Assembly: GCA_977862235.1 (NCBI GenBank)
Contig: OZ374562.1
Span: forward strand, 1,674,001-1,738,000
Direction: 5' to 3'
Length of the DNA: 64,000 nucleotides
From: Dudresnaya verticillata
Taxonomy: Eukaryota
The translations under genes and the position numbers were made by a program. Shown here piece by piece: positions 22,825 through 35,157 of this stretch. The notes below the pieces were generated by a model. The model worked only from the letters and a program-made list of their open reading frames with translations. It was not told the origin of the DNA and made no database searches. How positions within the stretch are numbered: the first letter of the stretch is position 1; each line of letters begins with the position of its first letter.

Positions 22825-25800
22825 CTACCTCGCAGAACAACTCTGGACTCGACACTCCGTTGCCTTCCCGAAATGCACACACACTTGTGGTGCAACCCAA
22901 TTCTTCGCACACCACTCATCATCTTGAGAACTTGAAGTTCGCTGCATCGCAAGGCCTTGCGAACTTGCAGTTTTCTCTCCTCCCAATTTCATCCAAGTAC
23001 GATATCCCAAGCACCATCACCACCCCATTCGAAGCAAGCCAATACATAGTATTGGATACATCCATGCCCGTCTGTTGGTACTATCACCTTGTTCCACTCC
23101 CCACTGGGTAGCAGTATGCACTGAACGACGGATCCTTTCTCAATCGAGTCATGTTTGTACGAGCGCTGCGGGCCTGCAACGCTCGTCTTCCGGACACATC
23201 TCGCACCTTTGAACAGGATAGGTGCGGCCGTACTCTCTCCGAAATCTGGAAACGCTTGCACCACTGCGGCAATTGCATCCTCAAATATTTCTTCCCAAGT
23301 ATCACCGGAATAACTTACTCTCTCGTCCATCTTTCCTGCTTTCATCTGCTTTGCGGAGATCCATTCGGCGTCCGTGTACGACCAAGAGGCACTGACTTTC
23401 CCGTCGGCTCGAAGTTCCTCCACAACTGGCTCTACGAAGACCTCTTCGATCTTCTCATCCATCCAGTTGATCAAATCCCGTACTTCTACGTCACTATCCG
23501 GAACGTGACTGATCTCGGGCCCGAGAAGCAGTCGCCGGAGACTCCTGAGACAGAACATACCAGAGCGCTGGCAAGCGGTCCTCATCCCATGACGCAGGAG
23601 GGCAAGCCTGCCTTGCCAGTCGTTTCCGAGCACATGTTCAACAGCTGAAATGTGGGCGTTATGGTGATTGCTTCGAGCAACGCATCTCTTCAGCGGGGAG
23701 TGTGCGCATTCGAACACGAGTTCCATGAAGTGTCTTGCATGCCCGAATAGCGGTATTGTGTGGTAGTACAGCTCGAGAGTCCTATGGAGGTTTGGCGTGT
23801 CCAAGTCATTACCAAAATCACAACCTTCTATGTAGCTATTGCACAAAGCTACATACTGTTCTGAGCGTTGCTGCAAGTCTTCTATGTAACGGCGGCCGCA
23901 GTCTTCACGCATGATGTCCACAGCTTTAATTCCATCACTCTCTGCTTCTGGCCACCAGAACGTCAACGCCACCAAGTTCTGCAACAAAGTAACCAAATGA
24001 TACGCTTCATGCGTAGCGCCGAGCGTTAGGCGTAACACGGGAACTGAGACGACAAGAACTCAGTAGAGTTCGGAGAGTTGCACGCTGTGTAACTTTCTTT
24101 CGAATACTGAGTTCTGAGTTAAACGAGGCCGTTGTCTCGAAGGGCTTGGCATATCAAGACGTCGGCAAGGCCTTGCCCTTCCCTCGTCAGGGCTCCGAAA
24201 CAAGCGCTCAGAGTATTTTTCGCGAGACCAGTAAGCAAATGATCTGGGGCTATCAACTGTGAGCGGTACGGGTCGAACATGCAGGGCGCAACCAAGTCTC
24301 CGCTCCGATTTCTCACGACGAAGGGCCGAGCTTGTTGCAGTTCTCGACCGAGAATTACAAGCGGCTTAATTCCATTTTCATCTTCTTCCTTAGAGAAACC
24401 GAGACGAGAAGCCTGGGCACGACAAAGTCCACTCGCGCGAATAGCATCATGCCGTTCCTGAAATCGTAGACTTGAAGAGTGCTGGGCGTGCAGTTGCACT
24501 GTGTAGCCAAACGTGCTGCATACTTCGTTGAGGACTCTCCGGAAATTGCAATGTGTGCAGGGTGCCATACCTACGTGTCCGATGACATCAGTAGTCTTGG
24601 CGGCCGCCGGATAGTCAGCGATGAACCCCACGGGGTCAACAAATATTCTCACGGTATCGCCATTCGGAGTGCAGCCAACAATCCCGTCTTTCGCGCTCAT
24701 CACAAGATCGGGATTAATGTATCGTAACACTTCGTTGCTGCTGACCCCAGGAGAAGTTAACGAGATGAGCCGGACAGCCGATCGCTTCGCGCGCCTGCGT
24801 GGAGAAAGTCCCAAGGGTAGCATGTGAACACCCCCGCATATCCCTGGGGAAGAAGGGCCGTGCATGGCTGAAAGTCATCGCAATATAACAAAACGTGGTA
24901 TACAACGCACCTCTCCCCTGAAGGGAGTACCCCGAAGTTTCTCGGCCGAGAACTGAAGTCCAGTGGAGAATCTCTTTCCTGAATTCTTCTACGCAGCTCT
25001 TTTTCTCTGTGGTCTGCACATTGACCGAGAGACAAAACCGTAACTGGAGTTGTTTCCTTGAGCACCTGGTACGCCAGGTCTGGTCCGCAGTGCTCGACGC
25101 CAGAATTCCAGCTGTTGTCTAGATCTATCCAAACCAGCAACTCTGATGGTTCACCGTCTCTGTATAGTCAGAATCTATTCACAAGAACACAAGCAATGAA
25201 GTTGGATGGCCGGTTTGAATCAACTCGAAACAGGGTGCACAAATCCCCCGGTATCTCGGCCGTGCACAGCGACGTACTTGACACTAGAGGCGTATCCTCT
25301 CCGCGATGCTCGCGACAACCGGGCAGGGCGCATGAAGGTTTGTCGGCGGTGCTGAGTAGCTTGATGATATCTTTGTCAACTCCATTTGCGGCCGCAAATG
25401 CTTTGGTGGCACTTGGTCCCTCTTTCCCCTTACTACCCACGCACCATATCGCCGATATAGTACCTGAAGCGAGGTATTTTCCGTGTTCTCTGAAAGTAAG
25501 GTCGTAGGCAATAGAATTTGGTGGGTGTTTGGCGACACATCGCGGAACGTTTCCGCAGATGACCTCAATTGACACACCCGGGACGGCCCTGAACACCTTC
25601 TTCCCATTCTTCACGAACAAACAATTCGCTGCGGAGATGAAATCTTCGCGCCTGCGAAAAACTATAGTGATCTCAATGCAGTCATCTGGAGCAGGATCCC
25701 GGCCAGGTTCGGTTGTGTCGAAAGATGGAAACATTTCTTGAAAGATTGGGAAGGTGGCAATATCCATCTTTGCCCATTCCGATGGGCACACGATCTTCAC

Positions 25801-26453
25801 TGGAGCAAACTTGCGAGCTGTCATGTGACGGTTCCCAAAGCCACAATGCCTTTCATTATGGTCGCCATTCAGCTCCGGAGTGGAAGCTTCTTGCATAGAG
25901 GATGATGCGCGCGTGAAAGCGGCCGCTCCACTCCGCTCATTCGCCAATGTCCTCCTCCTGCGAGTCCCATCGCCGGTTATTGCTCGGAATACGCTGTGAA
26001 CACAATACCTCTTGTTCTCTTCTTGAGATCAGCCAAAGTCACGGGAAGGGAGACATTGCGGCTTAGACGGAAGCAATGCTTGATTGCGAACGGGAAAAGT
26101 GTGCGCTGAACGGTGGAATATGCTGGAAGTGAGGCCTCGCGAAGAAGCCAATGTCCCAATCGTTGAACCGTTGCATACTGTCTAACCGTAAGTCGAACGC
26201 TTCCGCAGACGCTGACAAGAGCGAAGAGGTTTTCCCAATTCAGCAAATCTTTGCGGCGGTGCAGCAACTTCTTCACATCCTTCCTCGACAGGGTGTTCCG
26301 GGAAACTGAATGTGTGTCTGCGCTCGGCTGGCTGGCCGTGAGTTCTTCCTGTGGTGCGTGTTCTCGAAACAGATCAGTCTGCCAGCGTCTCACTGACTCT
26401 CCGGTTTCTAGGTCCATGATATCTTCAAACGTCTCAAATGCTTCGGGAGGCAC
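22825..26453 (-). pseudogene. CACTA/Plavaka-like DDE transposase, fragmented
   Basis: LYCDDFQP; FIADYPAA...GH..APCTHC; APDHLLTG; TPNLH..LELY..IPLFG...E..FE..H..LK across ORFs 22989-24038, 24119-24865, 24714-25019, 25168-25947 and 25977-26453. Confidence 0.8.
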
Positions 26454-27445
26454 GTCATTCTCCGAGACGTCACTGTCTGACCCTTGTAAGGAAAGCTCAT
26501 CCGCATGATTGCCACCAGTTTCAGCTCCATCAACGTTGCCGAGGGGCCCCTCTCTGTCGTACTCACTTTCGTTGTCGGAGAAATGGGGCGGATCTTGCTC
26601 TTGACCCGCTCTGTGGCCCGGAGGAAGTGCTAGTGTTCGACAATGCCCCGCGGCGCCCGATTTGACAGCTGCCCCAGGGCCATCTCCATGTGGCGCAGTC
26701 GCGGCCGCGATACCACGGCCTGAATCGATTCGATCTCTTGTGAACTCATCACATCTGCGTCGTTGGAACTTTCATGGCGAAACAGCTCTTTCAAGTCGCT
26801 TCGCATTCCAACGCTATCCACCCATGAGCGAAGTTGAGTTTTGCGTTGCCCCTGAAACTTCTTTCGGTTCCTTCCGTCCATTTCCGATCACGGACGTGAC
26901 CGGATTTGGAGCTCCAATTGCTATAGCAATCTGTGCAGAATGGGCGTTCGGGCGTCGCCGCTACAAATCTGTTTGTCGGTTTCCGCAGTTTGAGGACTTT
27001 GCAATGCGACCGCGTTGCTACGCCACACGCTTCATTCACATCGTAATGAGGGACGCGCTGTAGAGCCGCGACTCGGGCGTGCCCGCATTTTTCGTATTTC
27101 GAGCTGCAGTCGGGCCCCACTGCAGTGCAATACACACGTCATTGCTGCAGTTTCCAGTAGCCATGAATCGGTATACGCGTACAGCCACTGTGATGGGACC
27201 GGTACGTGCACGCACACGCGTTTGATGGCCCTGCAAAGATGATTTGTCCAAAAAATACCCTTTCAGGCCGGCATCTGCGTGCCAAACGCACAGAGCTGCG
27301 GCTGAACGTACGTGCCTGGCCAGGCAAAGCTGTGGATTCAACAACAAAATCACGCGGCCTAGATTTATCCTGGACCAATGGGAGGCCATGGAATTCTTGT
27401 TCGGCCGAACTGCACTCCGTCGGCCGACGCACCGGTGAACAAATC

Positions 27446-28219
27446 TGTAGTATAGCTGTCAGCACACTATCAGCAGCGGCTGTAAGGTATACTGGCAGCG
27501 CCGCACTGTAATGGTGCACACGATGACGCCCGCTGGCGAGTCGTGGTTGGGCAGCGTGCCCTTAGTTTTTTCGTTGAATTAGTAGCGGTCGACCGCATTG
27601 CTGCCGGCAGCGGCCGCGCGCCGTGCCGCACACGGCGCGCCCCTGTGACGCGCTCCGGCATCGAGCCGTTGAGAGGGCCGCTGCCCGTTACGCCCCGCGC
27701 GCGCCCACGGGTAACCGTTACCCGGACGTATCGACACGTGTATGGGCGCGCGCTCGCACACCTCCCGCGTTGGTGTTGTGGGGCGCACCTACTGTAGAAG
27801 TAGTCGTAGTGCACATAGTGTAGGGTATTTAAGACCGTCGGCCATCGACGGCTCAGTAAACCGGGCAAGCAACAGCTCGCGCTGAAGCTTGCCCCCAGCC
27901 TTTTCGGGTTCGATCCCTTTGCCTTACGCCAGCGGGCGGTTTCCCTTCTTCCCCTTGCCTCGCTAGGCTTTCCCCTTTCCTTTTCCTTTCCGTCGGCTTC
28001 GTGCCGCCCTTCGACAGGGACGCTGGGATCCGGCCGCTGCCTACCCGCGTACGGTACGCCCCGTGCGCGCTCCGGCATCGACGCCGTTGATCCGCACCTG
28101 CGGGGCGCACGCGGCCGACACCGCTCTACCAACCCCAACAGCTACCCATCGACGGGTCTGTGTGGTGGCTTCGGACCAGCAAGTATCAGACGTCGGATCG
28201 ACCCGACGTCTATACTACA
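27446..28219. mobile_element. Solo LTR (774 bp)
   Basis: TGTAGTATAG...CTATACTACA termini, perfect 5-bp TSD AAATC; inverted diverged copy at 45528-46301. Confidence 0.88.
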
Positions 28220-28629
28220 AAATCAGCGTGCCGACGAAGAAGCTATATGCCCGTGGGCCAGCCGCGGCTGCCATGGAATCATGAGGTCGCCACCCCCCCT
28301 CCCCCACCACCCCCGCCCGCACTACACACTAGTGCGAGAGGTCTCAACCGCAAGGCGAAAGACTCCGCGGAGTCGCGCTGTACATCACCGCTGCAGCGGT
28401 TTCTCTCTCCTCCCCTCCACACACGGGCATTGCGGGAAACGCAGCCCAGCTCCACCATGGTCGGCGAACGTGTTGTGCCGAATCGTGCGGCGGCCGCCGC
28501 CTCCAATGATGTTCTTTGAAAGGCCGACAAGTCCGCTGACACAAGGACGCTGCGTCACCGCAGAATAAGATAAGCCCTTCATCACCGCAGAACAAGAGCA
28601 TCGCGGCTTCGCCGCAGAATAAGGCATCA

Positions 28630-31242
28630 GTGGGTAAGGCAACTGCAGTTCAACATGTTTCTGGAGCTGTCGCTGGAGCACGTGCAGAGCTTGCGAAAGG
28701 CTCGGCAGCGCAGACCGGGCGACCTGCATGCAGGCCTGCAGGCACGGCCGCGCCAGCTCGGAAATCAAGCAGCACCACGCCCAAGCTGATTCTCGTTAAG
28801 AAGAAGCTCGTTGGCCACTTTTATGAGGACAGTGCGGTAGCGCGTAGCAAGAGGACAAGCCCTGGTCTCGGTAAGAAGAAGCAGGTGGAAAGTCGCGGCA
28901 AGACTCGCAGCAATTCTCGAAATCGCTCTGCAACTACTAGATCTCGAGATGCCGCGGCCATGGGGCCGGGAGGTAAGGGTACCTCGCATAACGACAATCG
29001 GCTTAAGCGGAAGGATAAAGTCAAGAGCGTGGCACCCGCTGAAGCTTCAGAAGCCCCGCCAGCTCTCATGGTCTTGTCGTCCAACGTCGCCTCGAGAGAT
29101 GAATCAACCGGGGCCCCTGCAGCCCCTCCCAAGGACCCTGGGATGCGAGAAGCAGAAGAGGAAGAGGTTGTATTTGTGTCCAATACGACGGCGGATGCTA
29201 CAACCGCCCGAGGAAACCCGGCTGGGACTCCACGAGCAAATACTCCATCGGATTTGTTGCCTGGATTCAGGCCTCGAAAGAGGAAGATGGAGATGTTGCT
29301 GGAGTCAGAAAGACATGCCTTGCTAAATAAGCGCAAGGATAGCGCCTCGCCGAACCGTGGCACAGGAGCTTCTACGCGCGGACAGGGCCCTGCCGGCTCC
29401 GCTCCTCTCGAACAGATCCGAGGTGCGCCTGCTACCCCGAACGATGGTCATGATGTTGCCAAGATTGCAGGTCCCGTTGTTACTTCTGAAGAGCGTGCAA
29501 CACCCACAATTTCCGTCCCTGATGCTGTTGAGTTGGAGCGCGAACGAAGCATTGACGACCGCCCTCCTACGCCGTTCCGGATGGAGATAACGTCGCAGCC
29601 ATACGTAACGTATGCTGAATCGATGAGTGCTCTGAAGCTCACAGAGGGCGAAGTTCAAGCTAGCGGTTCTGGAGCAGTCCCGGCCGGGAAAGAAGATGCA
29701 ATGGATACTGAAGGCGACACCGCTGCAGTGGCGCAGCATTCTGAGCAGCATGCTGCTGTGCAGATGGCGCTTGTCCCAACTTTCGAGTCTTCACGGGCGA
29801 ATCTTCGGCGTGTGCAACGACGGCCTCGACGAAGCGCGGCCGCGCATCAGATCCGGAACAAGCTTGATGAGAAAACACTTGATTTCAATCGCCTCAGCAC
29901 ACAACAGGAATGGAAGACAATGGTGCAGAGGAGTTTGTCGTTCACCCAGTACGTGCGAAGGGAACTCCCTAATAAGAAAGCAGACAAGCTAAGGTTCCTT
30001 AAGCTGCTTGACAAGGACCAACAATCTACCAACGATGCGTGGTCACTCATGGGAAGCGAGCGATCGTGGTATGAGTTGCCATCTGCGATGCAAGGTGATC
30101 GCACATTTGCGAGGGCGGATGTGGAGTGCTACTATTACAGCAACATGTCAAAGTACTTGTCAGAAGAGCGGGCCCGCCCTGTCAATGACCTTCCGTTGTT
30201 CGCTGACCCTATCCTGGGTCGGTGGTGGAATGCCTTCAAGCATAGACTTGACTTCGTGTATGAGGCATGGTGTCGGGATGCGTGTAAACTGCTGGTCCCA
30301 TACGACTCATTTGAGACCAAGAAGTATACTTTGGAAGAGATGCAGGAAATGTTCCCGGCTGTGCCTGAATGGCTGGCCAACCTCAAGCTACCTCCTGCTC
30401 TTCCCGCCCCGCTACCGCTTTGTGTTTGTTACTACCATCAGGAGATGGTGAGTGGACGTGATAAGAAACGTCGCCAACGGATTTGGGATGTTTTCAAGGT
30501 GGAGATGCTCGCGCTCATCACAGCAATATGGCACAACGAAGCCATCCACGGAGGCCGCGAGTTTATCCTTGGTCGCGATGCCATCATCCTAATCAGGGAT
30601 ACGCTCGAAAAGCTTGAGATTGTCACCGCAGCCGACGAAACTGGAAAATGCGGCCGCATTGACTGTCAGGTGATCGTTTCTCGGATGTTTGCGGCGCTTG
30701 GGCTTGAGGTGAAGCAGCGCCACGAAGTTGTCATGCCTTTTGAAGGGATAAGAAACAGTTTCTTCGTGGAGGCTAAGATTGGAACAGGAAACGTCATCTG
30801 CGATGGGCGCCCAGGAAAGAAGTTCGTTCTGGACCCCAAGTGTCGACACGTGAGACTCTCTGTGCGTCACATTCGCCGCCAGGAAGTGCGTGCATCCTCA
30901 CCGCTTCCTCTATGTCTCACTGGCCCCGAACTGAGGATGATTCAAGGTCTGGAGACATACGCCCACCTCCACGGTTGGCTGGATGCCGGTTTCATGACGG
31001 TGGAGCAGCTGGCCAGCCGCATGTTTGAGACTTTGACTCATACCACGCGCAACTTAAATGGCGTGCTTGAGAAATTGGCTGCCGTTCGCGCCGAGAGAGA
31101 CGATCTTGCTCGCTTTGTTGGGCAGGCAGGACAAGAGGCACTGCCCGCAGTGCCTTACCGGTACGACGATTGTCATCGCTCTTCTGCAGCCCCGGGGCTC
31201 GGGAACAGCCGGACCCGGCCGGACCCGGCCGGGCCCGGGTAA
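28630..31242 (+). CDS. CACTA cargo: 870-aa hypothetical protein (disordered basic N-half, helical W-rich core, coiled coil)
   Basis: Long open frame (GTG start in the track; the true start may be ATG 28457 via a frameshift); NLS-like RPRKRK. Confidence 0.7.
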   Translation: MGKATAVQHVSGAVAGARAELAKGSAAQTGRPACRPAGTAAPARKSSSTTPKLILVKKKLVGHFYEDSAVARSKRTSPGLGKKKQVESRGKTRSNSRNRSATTRSRDAAAMGPGGKGTSHNDNRLKRKDKVKSVAPAEASEAPPALMVLSSNVASRDESTGAPAAPPKDPGMREAEEEEVVFVSNTTADATTARGNPAGTPRANTPSDLLPGFRPRKRKMEMLLESERHALLNKRKDSASPNRGTGASTRGQGPAGSAPLEQIRGAPATPNDGHDVAKIAGPVVTSEERATPTISVPDAVELERERSIDDRPPTPFRMEITSQPYVTYAESMSALKLTEGEVQASGSGAVPAGKEDAMDTEGDTAAVAQHSEQHAAVQMALVPTFESSRANLRRVQRRPRRSAAAHQIRNKLDEKTLDFNRLSTQQEWKTMVQRSLSFTQYVRRELPNKKADKLRFLKLLDKDQQSTNDAWSLMGSERSWYELPSAMQGDRTFARADVECYYYSNMSKYLSEERARPVNDLPLFADPILGRWWNAFKHRLDFVYEAWCRDACKLLVPYDSFETKKYTLEEMQEMFPAVPEWLANLKLPPALPAPLPLCVCYYHQEMVSGRDKKRRQRIWDVFKVEMLALITAIWHNEAIHGGREFILGRDAIILIRDTLEKLEIVTAADETGKCGRIDCQVIVSRMFAALGLEVKQRHEVVMPFEGIRNSFFVEAKIGTGNVICDGRPGKKFVLDPKCRHVRLSVRHIRRQEVRASSPLPLCLTGPELRMIQGLETYAHLHGWLDAGFMTVEQLASRMFETLTHTTRNLNGVLEKLAAVRAERDDLARFVGQAGQEALPAVPYRYDDCHRSSAAPGLGNSRTRPDPAGPG

Positions 31243-31957
31243 TCGCGACAGACATCCTACAAGCAGCGCACATCGCGATGGATATCAAGGTTCAGGGCGC
31301 CATCAAGATCGTGACGATTTTCACGAATATCACAGTTATTACGATGATCATGGCTATCGCAACCGCAACCAATACGATTCCAATGCATACCATGAGCGCT
31401 ATAACACTCGGGGTTATCGTGAGGGTGAGTACCAAGAGCGTGGAGCTCCTCAAGAAGCACATCTGCGTGACTATAGTCGGGAATATGGGCAACAGGGCCA
31501 TGGGTCCCAAGATAGATGCCGCGGAGCCCCGCACGGTTACAATGGATATGTTGATGGATATATCCATGGCAATGGCCCGGACTATGCGCCCCGCCCGGCT
31601 GCGCCGAGTCGTGGGGCCCCACGGTATTCAGCGCACGACGGTCGCCGCGGAGGGTATCAGCAAAACTGCCTTCGCGATGGATGGTCTGCAAACCGGCATG
31701 CCGCAGTTGCAACTGACCATGGTCGCTACCCTAATGGCTCACCGAAGTCACCTCCACCTTACAAAAGTAACGCGGGCCCGCCCGGCCGAACATATGGAGC
31801 TCCCCACGGAGCAAATTGTGGCGTCGGCCCTGCTAATGGTGTTCAACGCGTACGCGGTCCAGTCGGTCGTGGCATGCCGACACACCGTTTCGTGCCTGGG
31901 CAGCATTGCGATGCCGCCTCGCAAGGTGGCAGTAATGGTACTTATCGCAGTGGTTGA
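31058..31957 (+). pseudogene. Y/G/R/H-rich low-complexity C-terminal extension of the 870-aa ORF (other frame)
   Basis: Overlapping frame at the CCGGACCCGG repeat; composition typical of a disordered tail. Confidence 0.45.
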
Positions 31958-32569
31958 TGCCTAGTCCGGCCGGACCTGGTTCTTTGAGACCGTTCTCGAA
32001 AAGGGCGGTCGCCCTTTTCATGCAAGATTGTTAACATGCATTTGGAGTATGCGTAGAGCAGTTGCTTGAACTACTAGTAGTTCCGTGCGGTGCTGGAACG
32101 TGCACAAATACACATAGAATGGATGTTTACATTCTATGTCGTTGAGTAAATGAGCTCTAACTGAGTTCTCACTTGAAATTTTTATCTTGATTGTTGATGC
32201 ATATCTTCTCATAAGACTTGGGTTGGAAAATGCTCTCTCCCTTGCTAGTTGCTCACCCCACGCGGCAGCGACGGGGCGAGAAGCTAAGGTCAAGTTCCAT
32301 TATTCATACTCATATGGGTAACGATATGGTTACCCGTCTGAAACATGTTTGTGTGTGCACATACAAACACATTTGAGATGCAGCTGAAGACTGTGCCTTT
32401 ACGTAAATACCGTTAGCGGCTAGACCTCCATGATTACAGTCGTATCGCAAGCCACGAGTTCCCCTCCGTGTCCAATGGAGGGGTCGCGGCCGCGCCCACC
32501 AGTGGCTGCAGCATCACCCCATGGGGTCCGTTTATCCTCAGGGATGTCATCGGTCATGCTCAGAACTTC

Positions 32570-34786
32570 TTACTCTTTCTCAGTCATCCGAAGTGCCCTG
32601 CTCGTGAGTACCCGCTTCATGTTGGAGTTCCCCGTCAGCAACGTTTCCAGTGACAAAGATCCAACCTTAATTCCCGAAGTTGATATGTCGCGGCCGCGAT
32701 ATCTCCCTCTGGCGTCAAAATGAACAGCCACAAAATTCTTCACCAACATACGAAGCACATGAGCCAAGGCAACAATTGTTTCCAATGACTCGATGTGGGC
32801 ACCCAGAAAAACCTCGGGCGAGTACTCTTTTGAACATTTCTGTGTGAAAGCCACGCAAAACTTCATGGCAACCTCGATGAGGTTCACAATTATTTTGAGT
32901 GGCTTCTTCTCCCCACCTTGGCGTTTCCTTGATTTCCTATCTGCGCTACGGCGGCCGCCGGACGTTGACGGCAGTACAAACACATCATGGGAAACACTAA
33001 ACATCATGTCGATGCGTTCCTTCAGCAGTTCGTTAAACAGGTTGGTATTAGAGACATCTATATCTATTGCCCGGCCGGGGTTACTCGTCGTGTCTGGTCA
33101 CTAGTATCAAGCACATCGTCGAGATCGAATGTGTTCCCCCCCGCGGCCGCGGTAGATGCAGTATTATCAGCAGACCCTGTTGAAGCCAAGCGCACTCGCA
33201 CTGTGGTCTGATCAATATCCCCACAGTTCAGCTGTTCCCAGTTGACCGTTAGGTATGTCAGGTCCTCTGCTAGCGCGTTCTTGGCTTTTTGCTTGCTTTC
33301 TCGGAGCCAATCTGTGACTATCTTATAGACCTTCGAAGCTCCATGTAGGGCGATGTCCTCAACATTGGGAACGTCTTTCACAGCCAAAGACTTGGGGCGT
33401 TCTGAAATATCCTCCGAGTTGCCGGCCGGCCCTCGTTCAGCGCCATGACCCTTACCCATCCCTGTCTCACAAAGCATCCGCGCGTTTTTGATGTGCCCTC
33501 GACAATTACTTTTGGCTTCAACCATTCGGGGTAATCCATTCGGGTATCAATGGATCCATCTGCAGATGCGTCTACACATTTTGGCATCCCGGAAATTTGC
33601 GAAGCGGCCGCTTCGCCGGGCTTCGAGCCTTTGACTTCATCTGTGCATTTTCCTATCGCTGCCGTCATCAAAGGCCTGAACTGAAGGAACCGATTCTGTT
33701 GCACATTTAATATAGCGTTTGTTACGACGAGGTACCGGAACGCACTGAAACGTCTTCCCAATGCTTCTTTGAATGTCCTCTTTCCTTTGTCGACTTGCTT
33801 TGCGAAGAGAAAAGCTCGCAAAATGTCGGCCGACACTTTGCCGCTATCATCTTGTCTGGAGATAGCAGTAGATGTATAGTAGGAAATGCAGCTGCTTGAT
33901 ACTCTGCACATAACAGTCTGGTTGAACAGGAGGCTTGCATGAGGTGTGAGCCTCTCAAGCTTTTCCTCGAATGCTGCCCTTGCAGTCTTCTTATGAGAGC
34001 CTTGTCCGGGCCCGGACGACCTAAACTGTTCAACACAACGGATTTCCTCAATATCAGACTTAACTTCTGATAGTTTTCTTTCAACATCTCCAATGCGCCG
34101 CAATATTGTATCCTGCATAGACTCAACATATGTCTTCATGGTACCGTTCAGATAATTTGCCATACTCTTCAATGCCGTTTCCGGAATTGACCGGTGGCTC
34201 GATGTCTTTGCACCAGCTCCCAAGACTGCCTGGCCAGGCTGAATAGCTCCTGAAGCTGGCTTCTGGAAAGAAGGCTGAACTTGGTTTTCAGATGGCCCTC
34301 TCCTTCTGTTCAACGGTTTTTTGTCCCCCTCATCACCAGATAAATTGGGTCTGGGTTTCTCTACCTGCCTTTCGAGAGCAGGGGTTCCTCCCTGATCTGA
34401 AACGTCGACCGGTTCGGCAGAACTAGTCTTTGGAGCCTGCACGATACGCTTGTGAGCCACACTTCGAGGCGCCTTTACACCTAAACGCCTACGCTTAAGC
34501 CCTGGTGGAATGGATGCCTGCCGGCTTTCAGGTGTTTCTTCCAGTTCTCGTCTTAGGTTCAGTAAGAACCACGCCGCCTGGATTTCAGAACGGAACTATC
34601 CTTTGCGCGCTCTGCTCTGGAAGCTGATTCTTCATATCTGGCATCACCCGGTCGGGTCTGGCCCAAGGCTAAATCTTCAGGACTTTGTAAGAGTTCTCCT
34701 AGACGCCTTGCTGTCGGTCTCCTTTTAGGCTCTTTTGCACAAGAAGAGTTTCTGCTTGCAGCTATGTCATCTTGCGGTGTCAACAC
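32570..34786 (-). pseudogene. CACTA cargo gene, fragmented, unknown function
   Basis: Consecutive overlapping minus-strand ORFs 34559-34786, 33378-34460, 33064-33525 and 32570-33007 with a coiled-coil segment. Confidence 0.5.
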
Positions 34787-35157
34787 GTCCGACCCAGGAC
34801 CGTCAGGATGAGATTGCGGTGTGTCCTCAATATCCGAAGCCCGGCCGGGGTTGTATCTGTGGACATGACGAGGTCAACCTCTCTCTTCCGGCAACCCAGG
34901 GGGTGGGCCCACAAAACGTCTGAAAGTCGGGGACTGCCTCGTCCTGCTTGTTAATGCTGTTGCAGCGACATATCCGGATACTTCCTTGCCTGCTACTGAT
35001 TTTCTAGTTTTCCTGTTCGAGCCTTTCCTAGTTGTTGGAGTCATTCTTGACGCGTCGACGCGTAGAGGTATCTACGCGGAGAGACGGATAACAGTATGGC
35101 ACTCGCGCGCGGAGCAACGGCCGTTGCAAATTCCCGATAAGCCCTTTCTGCGTATCT

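Noticed and set aside
31170..31964. Hydrophobic Met/Ile/Thr-rich 264-aa ORF
   Set aside because: Probably a shadow frame of the Y/G/R-rich tail.
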